A DNA stretch of 63,706 nt, filler included, from Bradymonadales bacterium (GTDB lineage Bacteria; Bdellovibrionota; UBA2394), in the NCBI GenBank assembly GCA_007693605.1. It is 3 parts of 3 records of this genome, joined end to end, with 100 filler letters (N's around TTAATTAATTAA, not from the genome) between each part and the next. Parts side by side here need not be neighbours in the genome. Positions count along the whole stretch, not along the records: positions 44,617 to 63,706 come from REDG01000034.1; 2 more parts are not named here. One strand, given 5' to 3'. Both the position numbers and the translations under genes were made by a program. Under the pieces are notes generated by a model, which was not told the origin of the DNA, searched no databases, and worked only from the letters and a program-made list of their open reading frames with translations. Position 1 is the first letter of the stretch, and the number at the start of each line of letters is the position of its first letter. Below, one piece after another: positions 57,121 to 63,706 of this stretch.

Positions 57121-58128
57121 ATGAAGTTTGGCCTGATGTGGCGATTCTTGCGACAGCTTGCATATTTGCTTGAGGCAGAGACGGCCCACAAGCTGTCGAT
57201 TGGAGCTCTGAAGACCCTCGTTCGCATTCATCCAAAATGTTTAAGGCTACTTGGCGGTCGAGGTCTTGAGATTCAGCCGAAAGAAGTCTGGGGAATGAAA
57301 TTCCTGAATCCGATTGGCTTGGCCGCGGGCTTTGATAAGAACGCTGAAATTGTTGAGGCGCTTCCCTATTTCGGTTTTGGATTTGTTGAGATTGGAAGCG
57401 TCACTCCGCGGCCACAGTTTGGAAATCCTCGACCTCGATTGTTTCGAGACATAAAGACGGAACGACTCTTTAATGCCATGGGCTTCAACAACGAGGGCGC
57501 GAAGATTATTGCAGAACGAGTTCGCCGAGCGAAGTCCAGACTTCCTGAATACTTTAGGATTGGAGTCAACATCGGAAAAAATCGTGACACTGCCTCTATT
57601 GAGGCATTCAAAGACTATGCAGAAGTGGCCCGAGAGTTTTTGAATTGCGCCGATTTTTTCGTGCTCAATGTCAGTTCCCCAAACACCCCTGGCCTTCGGG
57701 AGCTTCAAGGCTTTCGAGATCTTTCGACTATTGTCGACGCCGTGAAGGCAGAGCTCCAGAAAACGGATCGCTCGGTTCCGGTTCTAGTCAAGCTCTCTCC
57801 GGAATTTTTCAATTCGGATCGAGACGATGATTTTTGGAGGAGTCTGAGCGCATTGCCCGTCGAGGGCCTTGTTCTTACCAACACTCTGAGTTCATCTTGG
57901 CAGGGCCGGGTTGTGGGCGAAAGTGGTTCCTCTCTTCAGCTACCTTCGAAGAGAGCCCTACAAGTTGTGAAATCGAACTTACAGAAGCCCATCATCTCGG
58001 TTGGAGGCATTCAGAGTCCGGCGGAAGCCAAAGAAAGATTTGAGATGGGGGCAGATCTTTTAGAGTTCTACACGGCTTGGGTCTATGAAGGACCTTCACT
58101 GGCTTCAGACATTCTTCGAAATCTCTGA
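57121..58128 (+). CDS. pyrD: quinone-dependent dihydroorotate dehydrogenase (class 2)
   Basis: NPIGLAAGFDKN, GNPRPRLFR, NAMGFNN, NVSSPNTPGLR, VKLSP. Confidence 0.93.
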   Translation: MKFGLMWRFLRQLAYLLEAETAHKLSIGALKTLVRIHPKCLRLLGGRGLEIQPKEVWGMKFLNPIGLAAGFDKNAEIVEALPYFGFGFVEIGSVTPRPQFGNPRPRLFRDIKTERLFNAMGFNNEGAKIIAERVRRAKSRLPEYFRIGVNIGKNRDTASIEAFKDYAEVAREFLNCADFFVLNVSSPNTPGLRELQGFRDLSTIVDAVKAELQKTDRSVPVLVKLSPEFFNSDRDDDFWRSLSALPVEGLVLTNTLSSSWQGRVVGESGSSLQLPSKRALQVVKSNLQKPIISVGGIQSPAEAKERFEMGADLLEFYTAWVYEGPSLASDILRNL

Positions 58129-58160
58129 GGCCGTCGCCAAACTCATGATTGGGAAGTGGA

Positions 58161-58190
58161 GACAAAGCAGATGCACCGTTAGCGCCACTC
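58161..58190 (-). repeat. partial copy of repeat family R2
   Basis: GACAAAGCAGATGCACCGTTAGCGCCACTC versus 47169-47198, between convergent genes. Confidence 0.75.
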
Positions 58191-58192
58191 GC

Positions 58193-59743
58193 CTATGGTT
58201 GAAGATAAGTTTGTGTCCCAATCCCCACAGGCAGATTCAGCACAAACACCCAGAGATAAAAGAAGGCGATCCAGCTCAGTAAAAATGCGACGGAGTAGGG
58301 GAGCATCATGCTGACAATGGTGCCGATTCCGATTCTTCGATCAAAACGAGCGGCAAAAGCAAGGATAAGACCAAAGTAACTCATCATAGGCGTGATGATG
58401 TTCGTGCAAGAGTCTCCAATTCGATAGGCGGCTTGTATGAGCTCTGGGCTAAAGTTCAGTCGCATCAACATGGGGACGAAGATCGGAGCGGTGAGAGCCC
58501 ATTGGGCCGAAGCGCTTCCAAGCATCAAATTCACAAATCCACAAATCAGAATGAAGGGCAGAAAAACCAAGGGATTGTCGAGCCGCAGCCAAATCAAGAA
58601 GTCGGCGCCGACCACAGCCAGAATCTGCCCCAAATTTGTCCAAGCAAAGAAGGATACAAATTGAGCGGCAAAGAAAACGAGGACGAGATAGAGGCCGAGT
58701 TTACTCATCGACGCGGCCATTCCGTCAATGATGTCTCGATCGGACTTGATCGTTCCGGTGATCATTCCAAAAATGGTCGAAGGAATCAGAAAAAACACAA
58801 AGATAAGGGCGACCACTCCCGACAAGAGGGGAGAATTCAGTCGAGATCCTGTTTCAGGATTTCTTAAAACTCCACCCTCAGGAACGATCGTTAAAACAAG
58901 CAAGAAGATCATGACGACCAAGCTGGCACACGCACAAATCAAACCTAGCTTTTCCCTAGAAGTTAAGGGCTTCAAAAACTCCTGTGAATTCACGCCTGCT
59001 TTCTCTGCAAACTTTTCATTGTAGGTTCCCAATGTAGGCTCAACAAAACGATGGGTGACCCATGTTCCCACCCCAGTAACCAAAAAAGTGCTCGCAAACA
59101 TAAAGTACCAGTTGGCGAGGGCATTCACTTCAATCTCTGGCTGTAGCATTCGAGCGGCTTCTTCAGTGATTCCCGACAAGAGGGGATCAATGGTTCCAAT
59201 AAACAGATTCGCACTATAGCCGCCCGAAACCCCGGCAAAAGCGGCGGCCATTCCTGCCAAAGGATGTCGACCGAGGGCCAGAAACACAAAGCCTGCCATA
59301 GGCACGAGCACGACATAGCCCATCTCAGAGGCCGTGTTAGAAATCACGCCTGCAAAAACTAGCGCACTCGTCATGAGTTGCCTTGGGGCAAGAAGCACGA
59401 TCGCCCGAATGAGGCTTGAGAACAGTCCAGAAATCTCGGCAATTCCGACGCCCAACATCGCCACCAAGACAGTACCCAGGGGAGCAAAGTTCACAAAGTT
59501 TCTGACCAGTCCGGTTAGGATTCGCCGGAAACCATCGGCCGAGAGCAAGCTGATTGCTACAATGTCTGAGCCGGGTTCTTCGGGGTTAGGCACACGAAGC
59601 CCCCACCACTCTGCCAAGCCACTGAACAAAACGACTCCGACTGCCATCAGAAAAAAGAGGCTCACCGGATGAGGCAAGAGGTTGCCCAAGTACTCTAGGC
59701 TCTTCAAAAAGCGGGTTGCCGAGTCTTTCTTTGCTTTAGCCAC
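58193..59743 (-). CDS. AbgT family transporter
   Basis: GNLLPHP, NFAPLG, GRHPLAG, GVSGGYSAN, YRIGDS.TNIITP. Confidence 0.93.
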   Translation of the reverse strand: MAKAKKDSATRFLKSLEYLGNLLPHPVSLFFLMAVGVVLFSGLAEWWGLRVPNPEEPGSDIVAISLLSADGFRRILTGLVRNFVNFAPLGTVLVAMLGVGIAEISGLFSSLIRAIVLLAPRQLMTSALVFAGVISNTASEMGYVVLVPMAGFVFLALGRHPLAGMAAAFAGVSGGYSANLFIGTIDPLLSGITEEAARMLQPEIEVNALANWYFMFASTFLVTGVGTWVTHRFVEPTLGTYNEKFAEKAGVNSQEFLKPLTSREKLGLICACASLVVMIFLLVLTIVPEGGVLRNPETGSRLNSPLLSGVVALIFVFFLIPSTIFGMITGTIKSDRDIIDGMAASMSKLGLYLVLVFFAAQFVSFFAWTNLGQILAVVGADFLIWLRLDNPLVFLPFILICGFVNLMLGSASAQWALTAPIFVPMLMRLNFSPELIQAAYRIGDSCTNIITPMMSYFGLILAFAARFDRRIGIGTIVSMMLPYSVAFLLSWIAFFYLWVFVLNLPVGIGTQTYLQP

Positions 59744-59906
59744 CTCAAAGGCCTTTACCGAAAGCCAAGCAAGCTGTCGAGAAAAGAGCCTCCAAGGACC
59801 AACTTTAGTCAGATCATTTGCGGGTTCTATGGCCCTTTGCGGCGAGATTTGGCGGCTTTGAAATAGGAAAAGATTTTTTTTAAGGAGCCTGATTGAATGG
59901 AACTCG

Positions 59907-61250
59907 ATGTTGAAGACTCTTGATCCTCAGGTCGCTCGAAAGCGGCAAGTTCGGGCTTGGGCCTTTTATGATTTTTCAACTCAAGGCTATCAAGTCACAA
60001 CCGCTTCAGCACTTTTTCCAGCCTATTTTGCGAGGGGAATCGCGCCTGATGGACTGAGCCTTTTAGGAATTCACTTTCCTCCTGAAGCTCTTTGGGGTTT
60101 TGGCGTGGGTCTAGCGGCGGCTATCGTTTTTATCTTGGCGCCCATTCTCGGTGCAATTGCTGATCATGGTGGCTATAAGAAAAGGTTTTTGATGTTCTTT
60201 GCCTATGGGGGTTGTTTGTTTGCCTCGCTTCTCTTTTTTGCCATTCCGGGTTGGGTTTGGTTTTCTCTCGTCTTTTTTGTTCTCGCCCAAGTCTTCTATA
60301 CATCGGGCAATGTTTTCTACGACGCCTTTTTGCCAGAAGTTGCGGATACAGACGAAGAGATGGATCGAGCCTCTGGGGTGGGCTTCGCTTACGGCTATTT
60401 GGGCGGCTTTCTTCAGTTTGCAGGAGCCCTTGTTCTTGTATCTGCCCACGACTGGTTTGGCTTGACGGAGACGATGGCCATTCGGATTTGTTTGTTGTCG
60501 GCGGGGCTCTGGTGGCTGGGCTTTTCTGTCTACAGCTTTCGTGTGCTTAAAGAAACGAAGAAGGAGCTCCCCCCGAGAGTTGTACCTGAGATTATAGGGG
60601 ATGGGGTCAATCGAACTTGGCAGAGCATAAAACTTTTGCCGAGATTTCCAAGTCTACTTTTGTTTCTCGTGGCTTACTTTTTTTATAATGATGGGATCCA
60701 AACCGTGATTAGTATTTCAGGGGTCTATGGCAGCGGCACTCTGGGGCTTTCAACTCAAGTGATTATGCTAACATTTTTGATCGTTCAACTGATAGCCATT
60801 GGAGGGGCGATGGCTTTTTCTTCTTTGGCGGTTCGTTGGGGAACGAAAAACACATTGATTGTTGGGCTTTTTGCATGGTCTGCCATTGTGGTAGGCGCGT
60901 TCTTTTTGAGAACTGGAGATGCTTTAGGTTTTATCTTTTTGGGTGCGATGATCGGACTTGTTTTGGGCGGCACTCAATCTCTAAGCCGCTCTCTTTTTGC
61001 TTCGATGATTCCTCGGACTTCTTCTGCAGGCTTTTTTGGTTTTTACTCCATTTTCAATAAACTCTCTGCGATTTTGGGCCCTATTCTCTTTGGGGTGATG
61101 ACGACGGCCTTTTCCTCTGCAAGGCCGGCGGTTCTGATGATTCTCATTTTCTTTGTGGTTGGAACTTTCTTGCTGTGGTTTTTAGATCTGGATAAAGCCC
61201 GCCGATCAAAACAGCAGCTAGAGGAGGCTCTTCGCGAGGAGGTCTTTTGA
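59907..61250 (+). CDS. MFS transporter, UMF1 (YxiO/Atg22-like) family
   Basis: WAFYDF, PILGAIAD, FYDAFLP, YNDGIQT, QSLSRS, FFGFY. Confidence 0.9.
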   Translation: MLKTLDPQVARKRQVRAWAFYDFSTQGYQVTTASALFPAYFARGIAPDGLSLLGIHFPPEALWGFGVGLAAAIVFILAPILGAIADHGGYKKRFLMFFAYGGCLFASLLFFAIPGWVWFSLVFFVLAQVFYTSGNVFYDAFLPEVADTDEEMDRASGVGFAYGYLGGFLQFAGALVLVSAHDWFGLTETMAIRICLLSAGLWWLGFSVYSFRVLKETKKELPPRVVPEIIGDGVNRTWQSIKLLPRFPSLLLFLVAYFFYNDGIQTVISISGVYGSGTLGLSTQVIMLTFLIVQLIAIGGAMAFSSLAVRWGTKNTLIVGLFAWSAIVVGAFFLRTGDALGFIFLGAMIGLVLGGTQSLSRSLFASMIPRTSSAGFFGFYSIFNKLSAILGPILFGVMTTAFSSARPAVLMILIFFVVGTFLLWFLDLDKARRSKQQLEEALREEVF

Positions 61251-62347
61251 TGTCGAGGCGAAGACTCGGAATCTTGGGTGACGGACAGCTTGCAAAAATG
61301 CTGGCCGAAGCCGCTCTTGAAATGGAAATCGAAGCGAAGATTTTTTCTGTCAATCAGGAGAGTTCTGCCCAGCGATCAGGTCTGTGGGCTGAGTCTGATC
61401 TTAGAAAGCTCGGGGAGTGGAGTGATCGGATTGTGATTGAGAGTGAGTTTGCTTCGTTTGAAGAAGTTTCTTCAGATAAGCTCTTTCCGAACAAACAGGC
61501 TTTAAGTCTTTTGAGAAACAAACTTGAACAAAAGAGGCTTTGTGAGCGATTGAAAATTCCCACGAGCCCCTTCGAAGAGATCGAAGCCACCACAAACCTA
61601 AAGACCCTGTCGAATGAGACTTTTGTCTTTAAGTGGGCAGAGGGAGGATACGACGGAAAAGGCACGCTCATTTCTCCGAGCGAGAAGGTGCTGCAGGAAT
61701 TTTGTGAAGTGGCTTTCAGAAACAGAACCCAAGTTTACCGTGAGGAAAGGATCAAGTTCGTCAGAGAGCTTGCCCTAGTAAGCCTACGGTCTGGCCCGGA
61801 CTATGTTTTCTATCCCCTGGTGATTTCAGAGCAGAGAGAAGGGGTCTGCCATCGGGTGTTTGGACCGGCTCAAGCCTTTGGGCTTTCAGCGGCTCTTCAG
61901 AGTCAAGCGGAGAGCTTTGCGCGAAAGCTCTCTGAGTCGACGGGCCTTAAGGGCTGCTTTGCTATCGAGTTTTTTCTCTTGGAGGGGGGAGAGCTTCTGC
62001 TCAATGAAATTGCCCCGAGAGTACATAATTCAGGGCATTGGACTCAACTTCTGGGGCTTTCAAGTCAATTTCATCAGCACTTAAGGGCTTGTTTTGGAGA
62101 GCCCCTTCTAGGAATTTCGGGCCCCCGGCCCTTTGGGATGTTGAATAATCTAGGGAGATCCTTGTCTATAAGACGAGACGAGCTTCCTCCTTGGGCGCAG
62201 TATATAGATTACAAGAAAAGTGAATTGCGGGTTCGCAGAAAAATGGGCCATTTTAATTTCTGGCTGGATGAGTTATCAGGTCTTGAGGAAGGCTTTTCTG
62301 AACTCGAAGAAATATTGAATCAGGGAGAAAGATCGAATGGGCAATAA
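61250..62347 (+). CDS. purK: 5-(carboxyamino)imidazole ribonucleotide synthase
   Basis: LGDGQLAKML, GGYDGKG, NEIAPRVHNSGHWT, RKMGH; TGATG coupling to the MFS gene. Confidence 0.9.
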   Translation: MSRRRLGILGDGQLAKMLAEAALEMEIEAKIFSVNQESSAQRSGLWAESDLRKLGEWSDRIVIESEFASFEEVSSDKLFPNKQALSLLRNKLEQKRLCERLKIPTSPFEEIEATTNLKTLSNETFVFKWAEGGYDGKGTLISPSEKVLQEFCEVAFRNRTQVYREERIKFVRELALVSLRSGPDYVFYPLVISEQREGVCHRVFGPAQAFGLSAALQSQAESFARKLSESTGLKGCFAIEFFLLEGGELLLNEIAPRVHNSGHWTQLLGLSSQFHQHLRACFGEPLLGISGPRPFGMLNNLGRSLSIRRDELPPWAQYIDYKKSELRVRRKMGHFNFWLDELSGLEEGFSELEEILNQGERSNGQ

Positions 62348-62813
62348 GGTGGCTGTTGTGATGGGGAGCGACTCCGATTGGGGCATCATGAAAGAGGCGG
62401 TTCAGGCGCTCAAAGATTTTGGGATTGAGTCGGAGGCTTCGATTGTTTCCGCTCATCGAAGCCCTCAAGAAATGTTTGAGTTTGCCAGTCAAGCCAAAGA
62501 CAGAGGCTTCTCTGTTCTGATTGCAGGGGCGGGAGGGGCTGCGCATTTGCCGGGGATGTTGGCCGCGCTCACGAGCTTGCCAGTCATCGGCGTGCCCGTT
62601 TCGGTGACCGAGCTGAAAGGCTTTGACTCCATGCTGTCCATTTTACAGATGCCGAAGGGAGTTCCCGTCGCGACCGTCGCCATCAATGGAGCTTTCAACG
62701 CCGGACTTCTGGCCGTTCAGATTTTGGCCCAAAGTCAGCCCGAACTCTACAAGAGGCTAGAGACTTATCGAGAAAATCTTAGAAAGGACATTCTTAGCCG
62801 AAAGCTTTCGTAG
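62337..62813 (+). CDS. purE: N5-carboxyaminoimidazole ribonucleotide mutase
   Basis: MGSDSD, SAHR, AGAGGAAHLPGM, QMPKGVPVATV. Confidence 0.96.
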   Translation: MGNKVAVVMGSDSDWGIMKEAVQALKDFGIESEASIVSAHRSPQEMFEFASQAKDRGFSVLIAGAGGAAHLPGMLAALTSLPVIGVPVSVTELKGFDSMLSILQMPKGVPVATVAINGAFNAGLLAVQILAQSQPELYKRLETYRENLRKDILSRKLS

Positions 62814-62816
62814 TCT

Positions 62817-62833
62817 ACCGGTTGGACCACTAG
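62817..62833. repeat. isolated terminal-inverted-repeat remnant of MITE R3
   Basis: TACCGGTTGGACCACTA(G) is the reverse complement of the 46846-46862 TIR. Confidence 0.75.
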
Positions 62834-63585
62834 GGATGGTCAATCCGGTCAATCTTATTGAAGGACTTTCCGCTCATCGTCCGAATATGGAAGAGATAGC
62901 GGTCCCCCTGAATATGTTGGGGGATTGAGAGTCTTTCGACGAAGGCTTCTTCGATGTCTCGACAGTTGGTGGTGTCTTCGATGTCATGAAGAACGGGGAG
63001 AACCTCTAGGAGATTTTGTGCCGTCAGCGAAACTCTACGAAAGCCCGGTTTCTCTCGTTCAATGTTTCGATTGAAGCGCATACAGGAGTTTGTAAAGGTT
63101 CCCATTACGAGCAGATCTCGTCTACGCCCCAAAGAATTCTCAACAATCGCAATCGAATCCACAGGTGCGTAGAGGTATTCATCTCTGCGCTCAGAGAGAG
63201 CCTCTGCCACAGGCATTTGCCCCACCTCTTTAAGTTCAAGCCCCTGAAGCTCAGGTCGCAAAAAGATTTGATGAACGCCCTTTGAGAGTTCGCCAATATC
63301 AATCACTTCTAGATAAGGCGTCATGACTTCCGCGCAAAAGCCTTCGGGGTAGTAGTAGGCCTCCAAATGGAAGGCGATTCGATTTTGCAGAGGGTCCTTC
63401 CAGACATGAGAGGGTCCTGCCCGATAGCATGCACTTTCAAAACTGCCTTCAACAACAACCTGAGTAATATCGTTGTCGTCAAACCCCATCGGGATATAAA
63501 CATTCTTGATTGGTGCGGGAACTAAAACCGGACTCCCAGCCCCTGCAGAAACCAATAGAAGACTTAAAACAAACTCAATACCCAT
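62830..63585 (-). CDS. hypothetical exported protein with paired Cys and an internal two-domain repeat
   Basis: signal peptide; API..VYIPMGFDDND..VVVEG.F..ACY echoed by APVD...LVMGTFTNSCM; GGAGG upstream. Confidence 0.75.
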   Translation of the reverse strand: MGIEFVLSLLLVSAGAGSPVLVPAPIKNVYIPMGFDDNDITQVVVEGSFESACYRAGPSHVWKDPLQNRIAFHLEAYYYPEGFCAEVMTPYLEVIDIGELSKGVHQIFLRPELQGLELKEVGQMPVAEALSERRDEYLYAPVDSIAIVENSLGRRRDLLVMGTFTNSCMRFNRNIEREKPGFRRVSLTAQNLLEVLPVLHDIEDTTNCRDIEEAFVERLSIPQHIQGDRYLFHIRTMSGKSFNKIDRIDHP

Positions 63586-63652
63586 GACCCCACCTCCAGT
63601 TGGATTTTATGCAAGGACCCAGGTCTTTGTCACCGCTTTTTCGGAGCTTGGA

Positions 63653-63706
63653 GGGAGTGTCGCTAAAGGCCCATCTGCTTCGTCGGCTGCGTCGCTGCGC
63701 TTCTCG
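63653..63706 (+). repeat. R2 copy running off the window end
   Basis: GGGAGTGTCGCTAAAGGCCCATCTGCTTCGTCGGCTGCGTCGCTGCGCTTCTCG, 2 mismatches to the reverse complement of 47147-47200. Confidence 0.88.

Noticed and set aside
186..63503. Numerous short antisense or out-of-frame ORFs in the six-frame track
   Set aside because: They are shadows of well-supported genes and carry no recognisable motifs

Overview
The window is a pseudo-scaffold of three contigs joined by 100-bp N linkers that contain TTAATTAATTAA (23509-23608 and 44517-44616). Gene order across the linkers cannot be trusted. Gene content suggests a delta-proteobacterial or Bdellovibrionota-like bacterium (inference). Contig 1 carries metabolic genes: PaaI thioesterase, MarC, an aminotransferase, a HisN/IMPase, a deoxyhypusine-synthase-like protein, LOG, aconitase, sdhCAB, a GAF-sigma54 activator, MgtC, speA and mdh. 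It also carries a pair of S8 peptidases (one apparently lacking the catalytic Asp), a small-protein/nucleotidyltransferase pair and a truncated HNH gene. Contig 2 is a flagellar cluster, fliLMNOPQR-flhBAFG-fliA-orf and flgFGAHIJMNKL-csrA-fliW-fliC, with sigma54 promoter motifs; its flagellin stops abruptly at an IS481-like end. Contig 3 carries transporters, an epimerase, acs, an S9 peptidase, ppa, dps, pyrD, purKE and secreted hypotheticals. Three non-coding signals stand out. (i) A ~165-nt rod-like element occurs twice with a conserved core but completely different, self-complementary closing stems, a candidate structured RNA or mobile palindromic element. (ii) A dispersed ~118-bp palindromic repeat family is present, and one copy has a second 268-bp MITE nested inside it. 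(iii) A -10-like box recurs 5-8 nt before start codons, suggesting widespread leaderless mRNAs. No rRNA, tRNA or CRISPR array was recognised.
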